From the NCBI GenBank assembly GCA_044229975.1, contig JBGARZ010000006.1, forward strand, positions 347,525-411,524: a DNA stretch of 64,000 nt, read 5' to 3'. A model generated the notes under the pieces. It made no database searches, had not been told where the DNA came from, and saw nothing but the letters and a program-made list of their open reading frames with translations. The position numbers and the translations under genes were made by a program. Within the stretch, counting starts at the first letter, position 1. Every line of letters starts with the position of its first letter. Source of the DNA: Polyangiales bacterium (lineage in GTDB: Bacteria > Myxococcota_A > Polyangia > Polyangiales > Ga0077539). Of this stretch, positions 52,618 to 61,184 are shown piece by piece.

Positions 52618-54756
52618 TCAGCGCACCCAGATGGCGTACGCCGCGCCGGGGTTGGGGTAGTAGATCAGCCCGGTGCTGTAGCTGCTGTACATCCAGTTGG
52701 AGGCGTTGGCGCCGCACAGCGTGAGGCCGTTGTTGGTCCCCGCGTTGCCGAAGTCCCAGCCGTCGCCGAGGCTCCCGTGGCCCTTGCAGTCGGCGGGCGC
52801 GCCCGCGGGCTGGTTCACCTGCCCGGAGCCCCCGTCGGTGTAGCTCGCCGGGCCGCCGCACCAGTAGAAGCCGTCGTTGTTGTAGAGGTAGTAGCCCGGC
52901 TGCCCGAAGCGGATGCGCAGGCTCGTGCGCTGGATGTCGGTGCTCAGGTACGTGCGCGCCCCCGCCCCGTAGGCCGCCAGCCGCATCGTCGTGTACGGGA
53001 ACGCGTTGAGGTCGACCCAACCCGCGACGCCCGTCGTGCTCGATGAGGCCATCGCAGGGTTGGTCGCGAGCGCCGCCACGTTGGTGTACGCCGCGCCGAA
53101 ATCACCGTAGTTGCCGCGGTGCGCGGAGTTCTTGAGGAAGGTGAGCGTCCAGCCGCCGCCGCTCGTCTCCATGTCGCACACCACGCTGAACGCCGCGACG
53201 CCGCCCGCCCCGTCAGGGTCGATGGAGTACACCCCCGACGGCAGCGCAGGTAGCGCCGCGTGGATCGCCGCGCAGCTCGCCAGCGCCGTGCACGCCCCCG
53301 CCGCGCACCCCTGGCCCGTCGCGCAGACGCGACCGCACGCCCCGCAGTTGAGCACGTCGGCGCGCACGTCGCGCTCGCACCCGGTCGACGCCATCCCGTC
53401 GCAGTTGTCGAAGCCCGTCGCGCACGTCGTGACGGAGCACGCGCTCGCCGCGCACGTCGCCGTCGCGACGTTGGCCGTCACGCAGCTCCGACCGCAGCCG
53501 CCGCAGTTGGTCGCGCTCGTCGCGAGGTTGGTCTCGCACCCGTCGCTCGCGTCGCCGTTGCACTCGCCGTAGCCCGCCACGCACACGCTCGAACACGCGC
53601 TCCCCGTACACGCCGGAACCGCGTTGGGACGCGTCGCGCACGCCGTCCCGCACACCCCGCAGTGCGTCGCGTTGGTGCGCGTGTCGACCTCGCAGCCGTT
53701 GCTCGCGTTGAGGTCGCAGTCGCCGAAGCCCGTCGTGCAGGAGGCCACGGTGCACACGCTCGCCACGCACGCGCCGGCGGCGTTGGGCGGGGCGCAGCCG
53801 CGGTTGCACGCGCCGCAGTGGGCGGCGCTGGTGCGGGTGTCGACCTCGCAGCCGTTGCTCGCGTCGCCGTCGCAGTCGGCGAAGCCGGTGAGGCAGGTCG
53901 AGCCGCAGACGCCCGCCGCGCAGGACGCGGTCGAGTTGGCGGGGACGGGGCATGCGTTCATGCACGCGCCGCAGTGCGCGAGGTCGGACTGGGTGTTGGT
54001 CTCGCAGCCGTTGGTCGCGTTGCCGTCGCAGTTGGCGTTGGGCGCGGTGCAGGTGCCGACGGCGCAGGTGCCGTTCATGCACAGCGAGGTGCCGTTGGTG
54101 ATGGTGCACCGCGCATCGCACGCGCCGCAGTGGGCGACGTTGGACTGCGGGTCGACGCACGCGCCCGCGCAGCACTGCTGCGACGACGGACACGGCCGCG
54201 ACGGGTTGCACCCGGCGACGCAGACGGCGCCGACGCAGAGCGTTCCGGAGGGGCAGTGGGCGTCGGTCACGCAGTCGACGCAGGCGTGGGTCGCCACGTC
54301 GCAGCGCCGCGTGGACACGCCGCCGTCGCCGCTCGTCGCGCAGCCCTCGTCGTTGCGACAGCCCGCGGTGCAGGTGTTCGTCCCGGCGACGCAGTACTGA
54401 CCCGCGGGGCAGGTGTCGGCGCTCGCCACGCACTGCACGCACCGACCCGAGACGGTGTCGCACGTCGCACCGCCCGCGTTGCCCGCGCACGACGCGTTGT
54501 CGGTGCAGCGAAACGGGACGTCCACGGCGGGGGCGTCCCCCGCGTCGATGCCCGGCACGTCGGGCGCGACCTGCACGTCGACCACGTCCATGCCTTGCAC
54601 GTCGGGCCTGTCGATGGCGGGAACATCCACCGGGTTGGAGCCCGTGTCCGAGCTGGCGTCGACGTCGGCGTCGTTGCCGCCCACGACGGTCTGGTTGTCG
54701 CTGCACGCCACGGCCAGCGAGCACAGGGCACAGGCGGTCCACCATCGAAGTGTCAT
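52618..54756 (-). CDS. secreted lipoprotein: tandem Cys-rich repeats plus C-terminal fibrinogen-like YCDxxxxGGGW domain
   Basis: Lipobox CSLAVAC. About 5.5 repeats of HCGACxxxC...C..G.C....C..GF.DCDG...NGCE.(D/N). The C-terminus SCAAIHAALPALPSGVYSIDPDG....FSVVCDMETSGGGWTL matches the fibrinogen-related subdomain A signature. Confidence 0.8.
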   Translation of the reverse strand: MTLRWWTACALCSLAVACSDNQTVVGGNDADVDASSDTGSNPVDVPAIDRPDVQGMDVVDVQVAPDVPGIDAGDAPAVDVPFRCTDNASCAGNAGGATCDTVSGRCVQCVASADTCPAGQYCVAGTNTCTAGCRNDEGCATSGDGGVSTRRCDVATHACVDCVTDAHCPSGTLCVGAVCVAGCNPSRPCPSSQQCCAGACVDPQSNVAHCGACDARCTITNGTSLCMNGTCAVGTCTAPNANCDGNATNGCETNTQSDLAHCGACMNACPVPANSTASCAAGVCGSTCLTGFADCDGDASNGCEVDTRTSAAHCGACNRGCAPPNAAGACVASVCTVASCTTGFGDCDLNASNGCEVDTRTNATHCGVCGTACATRPNAVPACTGSACSSVCVAGYGECNGDASDGCETNLATSATNCGGCGRSCVTANVATATCAASACSVTTCATGFDNCDGMASTGCERDVRADVLNCGACGRVCATGQGCAAGACTALASCAAIHAALPALPSGVYSIDPDGAGGVAAFSVVCDMETSGGGWTLTFLKNSAHRGNYGDFGAAYTNVAALATNPAMASSSTTGVAGWVDLNAFPYTTMRLAAYGAGARTYLSTDIQRTSLRIRFGQPGYYLYNNDGFYWCGGPASYTDGGSGQVNQPAGAPADCKGHGSLGDGWDFGNAGTNNGLTLCGANASNWMYSSYSTGLIYYPNPGAAYAIWVR
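53302..54144 (-). repeat. in-gene tandem repeat region (~140-bp period, about 5.5 Cys-rich modules)
   Basis: Protein residues about 205-485 of 52618..54756. The modules are divergent at DNA level but keep invariant Cys spacing. Confidence 0.75.
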
Positions 54757-54790
54757 TGCGTGCGAAGCCTCCGAAGCGCGACGCTAACAG

Positions 54791-56476
54791 ATGTCTCGCG
54801 GCGACCGCGACGACGACGTCACCGGGCCTACACCGCCGTCACCATCGGGTAGTCTCCCGCTGCCCGCCATGTACCGCGAACCCTCGTACGCCCAGGCTGC
54901 CGACACGCTCACGCCCTTCGTCCGCCTCGCGGCCGGATCAGCGGGCGTCCCCGAGCTCCGCTTCGCGCCCGACATCCCCGCGAAGCAGCTCCAGGGGTGC
55001 CTCACCTTCGCGCAGGTCGCGCCCCACGAGCAGCCCGTGGCGCTCGTCGACACCACGGTGCTCCAGTCGGGCAAGGGCGGCGTGCTCGTCACCAACCTCG
55101 CCGTGCACATCGACTCGCCGCGCATGCGCATCCCGTTGGAGCTCGTTCAGTACGAGCCGACCTTTCCGCGCGGGCTCACCGAGGCCGGCGCGCTGCACAC
55201 CACGCAGGGCGCGACGATGCTCCCGCGCATGCCGTCGCGCGAGGTCTCCATCGCCCTCGCGCGGCTCTTGAGCGCCGTCGCCCAGTGGGTGCGAAGCGGC
55301 GGTCGCGCGACCGTGGGCGCAGGCGCCGTCGCGGGGCCCGTCGGCGCGCTCGCGTCGCAGTGGCTGCGCGGCGAGGGCATCCTGTCGCGGCCGGTGATCG
55401 CGGCGCCGAAACTCCACGTCGTGGCGGGGTGCATGCCCGACTGGGTGGGCCCCGACACCGACGAGGAGCTCATCGCCCTCGTCGACGAGACCGTGAGCGG
55501 GGACGGCACGCGCGCCATCGTGTTCACCGACCGGCGCATCATCACCAACGCCGACACGCGGCCGATGCAGATCGCGTACGGCGCGATGCAGTCGGTCGAG
55601 GTCTTCAAGGGCATGGTCAACAGCTCGCTGCGCATCGCCGTCAATGGCTCGCGCATGGAGCTCAACACCGTCGCGACGCGCGAGTCGGCGCAGGCCATGG
55701 GCGCGTTTCTGCACAACCTCCTGGCGCTGCCGCCGGACTATCGACGCGCGGCGCCTGCCGAGGCGCCGGGGGCCGATGATCCGACGGGGGCGATGGCCTC
55801 GCTGCGCGCGCAGCCGTGGCCCGACCCGCGGGTGTCGGCGCTGTTCGAGCTCATCCACGCGGCGCACGCGAAGGGGGAGGTTCCGCTGGAGGCGGCGGGC
55901 GACCTCGTGGTGCGAACGCGGTTGCTCCAGCGCGCGGTGGGCTCGGGGCACGGGCGCTACAACGGCGCGTGCGTGTCGCCGTTGTCAGTGGTCGACCTCG
56001 ACTTCCTGCTCTTTCAGAGCCTGGGGCAACCCTTTCGGCAGCAGGTGGTGCCGGGCGGCAAGGTGCTGGAGTTCGACCTGCGAACGGGCGGCAACGCGGC
56101 GGGGATGATCGCCTCCAACGTGGTCGGCCTCGCGATGCTCGCGGTGGTCGGCATCGGCTGGGTGGGCGGCGGCGGCAACCGCTCGCAGCAGGTGTTCGCG
56201 CGCATCTACGAGGCGCCGGTGGGGTCGTACTTCTCGCTCACTGACGCGTCGGGCAAGAGCCTCGCGGAGTCGGAGCCGAAGCTCTACGGCACGCTCTCGT
56301 CGGCCTTCGCGGACGCCGCCGCCGACACGCTGCTGCGACGCGTTCTGTTTGGGTGGAACCATCCCCCGCACACGCTCCACGCGCTCCCGGTGGCGACCAT
56401 CGAGCAGCGCGTCGTGGCGTTGTTGGGACGCGGTGATGCGGGGGTGTTTCTGCGACGCGACGGGCTCGGCGGCTGA
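54791..56476 (+). CDS. hypothetical protein with two bacterial PH-like (GRAM/YokE-like) modules and a C-terminal TM segment
   Basis: Modules VALVDTTVLQSGKGGVLVTNLAVHI and LIALVDETVSGDGTRAIVFTDRRIIT. TM helix VVGLAMLAVVGIGWVGGG. An alternative start at 54869 gives MYREPSY. Confidence 0.55.
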   Translation: MSRGDRDDDVTGPTPPSPSGSLPLPAMYREPSYAQAADTLTPFVRLAAGSAGVPELRFAPDIPAKQLQGCLTFAQVAPHEQPVALVDTTVLQSGKGGVLVTNLAVHIDSPRMRIPLELVQYEPTFPRGLTEAGALHTTQGATMLPRMPSREVSIALARLLSAVAQWVRSGGRATVGAGAVAGPVGALASQWLRGEGILSRPVIAAPKLHVVAGCMPDWVGPDTDEELIALVDETVSGDGTRAIVFTDRRIITNADTRPMQIAYGAMQSVEVFKGMVNSSLRIAVNGSRMELNTVATRESAQAMGAFLHNLLALPPDYRRAAPAEAPGADDPTGAMASLRAQPWPDPRVSALFELIHAAHAKGEVPLEAAGDLVVRTRLLQRAVGSGHGRYNGACVSPLSVVDLDFLLFQSLGQPFRQQVVPGGKVLEFDLRTGGNAAGMIASNVVGLAMLAVVGIGWVGGGGNRSQQVFARIYEAPVGSYFSLTDASGKSLAESEPKLYGTLSSAFADAAADTLLRRVLFGWNHPPHTLHALPVATIEQRVVALLGRGDAGVFLRRDGLGG

Positions 56477-56479
56477 CGG

Positions 56480-57808
56480 CTACGCCTGGCGCTTGATGGC
56501 CGCCGCGAGCGTTCCGACGAGCTCGTCGATGTGCGACTGCTCGACGATGTACGGCGGGCACAACACCAGGTTTTCGCCCGCGGCGCGCACCAGCGTCCCG
56601 TGGTGGAAGCAGTCCAGAAACACCTCGTACGCCCGCTTGCCCGGCGCGCCCGCGATGCCGCTCAGCTCCACCGCGCCCGCAAGACCCAGCGTGCGGATGC
56701 CCACCACGTTGGGCAGTCCCTTGAGCGCCGCGTGCATCGCGTCGCCCAGCGCCTTGCCCATCACGCCCGCGCGGGCGATGAGGCCCTCTTCCTTCATCAG
56801 GTCGAGCGTCGCGACGGCCGCGGCGCACGCCACCGGGTGACCCGAGTACGTGTACCCGTGGAGAAACTCCACCGCGTGCTCGGGGCCGGTCATCATCGCG
56901 TCGTAGAGGTGGTCGCGACACACCACGCCGCCCAGCGGAATCACCCCGTTGGTCACACACTTGGCGAAGTTGAGCATGTCGGGAACGACCCCGAAGTAGT
57001 CCGCGCCGAAGCCCGTCCCGAGTCGGCCGAAGCCCGTGATGACCTCGTCGAAGATGAGCAGGATGCCGTGCTTGTCGCAGATCTCGCGCAGGCGCTTCAG
57101 GTACCCCTTCGGCGGGATGTACCAGCCCGCGCTCCCCGCGATGGGCTCCACGATGATGGCCGCGACGTTGCTCGGGTCGTGCAGCGGCAGGATGCGCGTC
57201 TCCAGCTCGACGAGCGGGTCTTCCGCCCAGACGGGTTCTTCGTTGTGGATGTACGCGTGATTGACCGGGTCGTGCATGAAGCGCAGGTGGTCGACGCGCG
57301 GCAGCAGCGCGGCCCCGAACGCCTTGCGGTTGGCGGGAATGCCACCGACGCTCATGCCGCCAAAACCGACGCCGTGATAGCCGCGCTCGCGGCCGATGAA
57401 GACGGTGCGGTGGCCTTCGCCGCGCGCCCGGTGGTAGGCGAGCGCGACCTTCAATGAGGTGTCGGCGGCCTCCGAGCCGGAGTTGCAGAACAGCACCTTG
57501 TTGAGGTCGCCCGGCGCCATGGAGGCGATGCGCTCGGCCGCGAGGAAGGCCTGGTCGTTGCCGATCTGGAACGCCGTCGCGTAGTCGAGCGTGTCGAGCT
57601 GCCGCTTGATGGCCTCGTTGATGGGGCGGCGGTTGTGGCCCGCGCCGACGCACCAGAGGCTCGACACGCCGTCGATGACCTTGCGGCCGTCGTGCGTGGT
57701 GAAGTGCATGCCCTCGGCGGCGACGAAGACCCGCGGGTCCTTGCGGAAGTGACGGTTGGACGTGAAGGGCAACCAGTGGTTGTCCATCGTGAACTCGGGA
57801 GTCGTCAT
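56480..57808 (-). CDS. class-III aminotransferase (omega-amino acid/beta-alanine--pyruvate transaminase-like)
   Basis: Start at MTTPEFTMDNHWLPFT. Motifs LWCVGAGHNR, NSGSEA, LIFDEVITGFGRLG and a YTYSGHP-type region. Confidence 0.9.
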   Translation of the reverse strand: MTTPEFTMDNHWLPFTSNRHFRKDPRVFVAAEGMHFTTHDGRKVIDGVSSLWCVGAGHNRRPINEAIKRQLDTLDYATAFQIGNDQAFLAAERIASMAPGDLNKVLFCNSGSEAADTSLKVALAYHRARGEGHRTVFIGRERGYHGVGFGGMSVGGIPANRKAFGAALLPRVDHLRFMHDPVNHAYIHNEEPVWAEDPLVELETRILPLHDPSNVAAIIVEPIAGSAGWYIPPKGYLKRLREICDKHGILLIFDEVITGFGRLGTGFGADYFGVVPDMLNFAKCVTNGVIPLGGVVCRDHLYDAMMTGPEHAVEFLHGYTYSGHPVACAAAVATLDLMKEEGLIARAGVMGKALGDAMHAALKGLPNVVGIRTLGLAGAVELSGIAGAPGKRAYEVFLDCFHHGTLVRAAGENLVLCPPYIVEQSHIDELVGTLAAAIKRQA

Positions 57809-57824
57809 GGGAGTGATGTCCTCT

Positions 57825-58877
57825 CTACGGCCAGGGGAACACCGCCGCCTCGCCGTGGCGCTCCACCTGTCGGCGGAGGTTGGCGAGCAGCGCCTGTCGG
57901 CGGAGCTCATACCCGGTATAGGCCCGCGACGCGACGAGGTGCACCGTGCTCGCCATCGGGTCGTGCGACACCGACTCGCGCAGCACCTCCGGCGTCACGC
58001 GCTGCACCGACTCGTACAGGTAGCGCGGCACGCGGCGCACCACGTTGGGATCACCCAGGCGGTTGATGACGTCGGGAAACCACCCGGCGTCGTTGTCGCG
58101 GAACACCAGGTCGTCGTGCTCGTCGGCGGTGATGTTGCAGCAGTTCCAGCGGTCGTAGTTGGCGGCGAGGTAGTCGAAGACGAGCACCTCGGACACCTGC
58201 CGCGCGCGCTCTCGCAACGCGCCTTCGGGGAGCGGCCGCGCGGGGTTGACCCACGACGACCATTCGCGACGCGCCGGGGGCAGGTGCATGTTCACGCGGT
58301 TGAGCGTGGGCATCCACACGCTGGCTGAGCCGAGCACCATCCCGCGGCGGTCGACCACGAGGTTGACGCCGCGCGCGAAGCGGCCAAACGCCGCCAGCGG
58401 AACGCGCTTGCCCACCGTCGGCGGCACGCGGTTGTCGATGCCGAGCAGCCGCGCCAGGTGATACGAGGTCACCTCGCGACGCCAGAAGGTCTCCTGCCCG
58501 GGGCGCTCGGGCTGGAAGCTGATCTCCACGCCGTCGCCGAGGTCCATGTGGAAGACGAAGAGCGTGCTGTGGAAGCGCTCCATCGTCCGCACCACCGGGC
58601 GCTCGGACATCTGCCGCAGCCACTCGTCCTCGCTGCGACCGCGAAACATCCGCACGCGCTCGCCCGTCGGCGCTGCTGCGACCACCGCAGCGTCGGGCGG
58701 AGGGCCCGCGTCGGGCACCGCGGCGTCGACCACCACCGTCGGCGCGACCGGGACATCCGCGGGCGCCTCGACGACCCTGGGCGACGTCGCCGGGGTGACG
58801 GGTGGCGCCGACGGCGAGGCGCACGCGGCGAGAGCGACCATCGCGCCAACGAGAGAAGAGAGACGACGAGAGCTCAT
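57825..58877 (-). CDS. lipoprotein with FAM20/Golgi-casein-kinase-like domain
   Basis: Lipobox MVALAAC. EVTSYHLARLLGIDNRVPPTVGKRV compares with FAM20 AFHLDRiLgf.RvPPvvGR. VFDYLAANYDRWN compares with fDfLiGNmDRHH. LVFRDNDAGW compares with hLDNg.gF. Confidence 0.6.
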   Translation of the reverse strand: MSSRRLSSLVGAMVALAACASPSAPPVTPATSPRVVEAPADVPVAPTVVVDAAVPDAGPPPDAAVVAAAPTGERVRMFRGRSEDEWLRQMSERPVVRTMERFHSTLFVFHMDLGDGVEISFQPERPGQETFWRREVTSYHLARLLGIDNRVPPTVGKRVPLAAFGRFARGVNLVVDRRGMVLGSASVWMPTLNRVNMHLPPARREWSSWVNPARPLPEGALRERARQVSEVLVFDYLAANYDRWNCCNITADEHDDLVFRDNDAGWFPDVINRLGDPNVVRRVPRYLYESVQRVTPEVLRESVSHDPMASTVHLVASRAYTGYELRRQALLANLRRQVERHGEAAVFPWP

Positions 58878-58931
58878 GCGGTGGGTCGTTAGGTTCTGTC
58901 AGGGCGTCGGGTCGAAGCAAGAAAGTCCGCG

Positions 58932-59495
58932 TCACCGCGCCCGGCGCCAGCGCCACGCGGCCACCATCGCCCCGAAAACCAGCGCGCCCAGCAGCACCAC
59001 CCGCGCCGACACCCCGTGCCGCAGCACCACGTCCACCCGCTGCTCGATGCGCCTGCCGTCGCGCCCGCCAGCGTGGCCGTCGATCGAGAAGCGCTCGTCG
59101 TGCTCCCTCACCACCGGCACCCAGCGCACCGTCGCGCCGCGCGCTCGCACCCTCGTCGCCACGTCGTCGAGCAGTCCCGTCGAACGCGTTTCGACGTCGG
59201 CGCTCACCAGCGCAAACGCTCCCGCCACCGTCGCTCCGGGCGGCGCCTGCGTCGCGTGGTGCAACGTCAGCGACAGCTCCATCGATGGGCATCGGTACGT
59301 CGCCCGAACCGTCGCTCCCTCCACGCTTGCGCCCGCGAGACGACACCCGCCGTGCAGCACATCGCGACCGCCCAGCATCGCCAGCACCGCGCGCTCCTGG
59401 CCGGGCGGAATCACGCACTCGTCGCACTCCTCGGGCGGCAGCGACCGCGCCTCACACGCAGCAAGCAACAGCAGCAACCACCAGGGGCGCGTCAC
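58932..59495 (-). CDS. hypothetical exported/membrane-anchored protein
   Basis: GTG start (GTGA overlap with the upstream gene). VTRPWWLLLLLAAC and a C-terminal TM (VVLLGALVFGAMVAAW). Confidence 0.5.
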   Translation of the reverse strand: MTRPWWLLLLLAACEARSLPPEECDECVIPPGQERAVLAMLGGRDVLHGGCRLAGASVEGATVRATYRCPSMELSLTLHHATQAPPGATVAGAFALVSADVETRSTGLLDDVATRVRARGATVRWVPVVREHDERFSIDGHAGGRDGRRIEQRVDVVLRHGVSARVVLLGALVFGAMVAAWRWRRAR

Positions 59496-61174
59496 GGGCG
59501 GTCCCACCGGAGAACGGCGATGGTCACCGACGGATCGAAGCTCGGGATGTCGTGCGACGGGTTCGTCGAGCGGCGGATCACCCGCGACGCCACGGTGCGC
59601 CACGGCAGCGCGTCGAGCGCATCGGCGCACGCGGGGATCATCCGCCCGAACGGCGTCACGCGGCTCTCCGTGAGGGTGAGCGCCGACGCGTCACCGCAGC
59701 CGCGCGGGCCGGGAGTGATGCAGAGCGGGTTCACGAAGCACACGCGGTCGAGCAGCAGGTACACGGGTCCTGCGACGGTGGACGACGCCACCCGCGGGAG
59801 CATCGACGCGCGGATGAAGCGCCAGCGCGGGTGCTGCGCGGTGACCCAGGTTCCGCCGACGTGCGGCAGCGGATCGTCGGGGAGGTACACCACCGCTCCG
59901 CGCTCGGGGAGCGCGCGGAGTGCGTCGTGGAAGAAGCGGTACTCCTGCACATGGGGCGTCGCGATGCGATAGCCGTCGGGACGCCGCCACAACGAGACCG
60001 CCGCGAGCGCCACCACGGCCCACGGCGCGACGAGTCGCAGCCGCGTCGGCAACCGCTTCGCCAGCGTCGCGACGAGCCAGCCCACCGGGATCAACAGCGC
60101 CGCCATCGACAGGAGCTGGTGACGCAGTCCGGTGGGAAACCACCCCGTCCGCACGAGGCCGCCTTGCGCCAGCGCGATGAGCGGAACCACCCCAACACCC
60201 AGCGCGAGGCGAACGTCCCTCCGTCGCACGCAGCCCACCGCGAGCGCGACGAGTGAGAGCGCCATGCACCAGCCCTCCCAGCGCGGGATGTACGGCTCCA
60301 TCCACCCCACCCACCCAGGGTTGCGGTGCAGGTCGCTCAGCCACGGGAGGTTGGGCGCCCCCATGTAGCCGGGCGTCGCAGGCAGCGCGCGCCACGCCGA
60401 GACGATCCGCGCGGCCTGCACGATGAGCAACGCCGTCATGGCCGCGACTACGCCCACCGTCGCGCGCCACGCAACGCGCCCATCCGACGTACGCGCCGAG
60501 AGCAACGCCGGGACAGCGAGCGCCGCGAGGGGCAGCGTGATCTCGCGCGACGCGGCCGCGAGGCTGAGGGACAGCGCGCCGAGCGCGAGGGTGGCGCGGA
60601 GTCGTTGTGCAGCGCCGACGTGGAGCAGCGCGATGCCCGCGAGTCCGAGGCCCGACGCGGATACGAGAAACTCTTCCGTCGTCGCCATCGCGATGGCGAG
60701 CGGTTGGAGCGCGAGCAACGCGCCCGCGGTGTAGCCCGCGGTCACCGATCGGGTGACGAGGGACGTGTACGCGGTGAGTCCAACAACGGCGACGGAGGAG
60801 AGCACCGCGCCGAGGACGAACGCCCCGTGATCGCCGCCGCCTGCGAGACGAACGAGGAGGAGGTGCGCGGACGGGACGCCGTGGGCTTCGGCAAGCGCGT
60901 TGAGACCAGGGGTCCAGGCGAGGTAGCGGTAGCCGTGGTGGTTCTCGTGGATGAGCGAGTGCGAGCCGAGCGTGAGGCGCAGCGCGAGGGCCGCGGCGAA
61001 GAGCGCCAACGCGAGCGCGAGATCACGGCGGCGGTGCGTCCAAGAGAGGCGCGAGAGCTCGACGAGCGCGGAGGGCGCGATGGCCACAGCGGCGAGCACC
61101 ACGAGCAGGAGGAGTGTGATGGGGAGCGAGGTCGCGGTCGGTCGCAGCAGGTCGAGGTCGATGGTGGGGATCAC
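59492..61174 (-). CDS. polytopic membrane protein, possibly a GT-C-type (ArnT/PMT-like) glycosyltransferase
   Basis: 560 aa, about 11 TM helices in the first 400 aa, then a soluble C-terminal domain. The family call rests on architecture only. Confidence 0.45.
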   Translation of the reverse strand: MIPTIDLDLLRPTATSLPITLLLLVVLAAVAIAPSALVELSRLSWTHRRRDLALALALFAAALALRLTLGSHSLIHENHHGYRYLAWTPGLNALAEAHGVPSAHLLLVRLAGGGDHGAFVLGAVLSSVAVVGLTAYTSLVTRSVTAGYTAGALLALQPLAIAMATTEEFLVSASGLGLAGIALLHVGAAQRLRATLALGALSLSLAAASREITLPLAALAVPALLSARTSDGRVAWRATVGVVAAMTALLIVQAARIVSAWRALPATPGYMGAPNLPWLSDLHRNPGWVGWMEPYIPRWEGWCMALSLVALAVGCVRRRDVRLALGVGVVPLIALAQGGLVRTGWFPTGLRHQLLSMAALLIPVGWLVATLAKRLPTRLRLVAPWAVVALAAVSLWRRPDGYRIATPHVQEYRFFHDALRALPERGAVVYLPDDPLPHVGGTWVTAQHPRWRFIRASMLPRVASSTVAGPVYLLLDRVCFVNPLCITPGPRGCGDASALTLTESRVTPFGRMIPACADALDALPWRTVASRVIRRSTNPSHDIPSFDPSVTIAVLRWDRP

Positions 61175-61184
61175 GGAGCCGCGA

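Noticed and set aside
53213-54852. ORFs 53213..54745(-) and 53260..54852(+) overlapping the Cys-rich repeat gene
   Set aside because: These are frame shadows with Arg/Gly/Val-rich products. The called frame gives regular Cys spacing and a lipobox.
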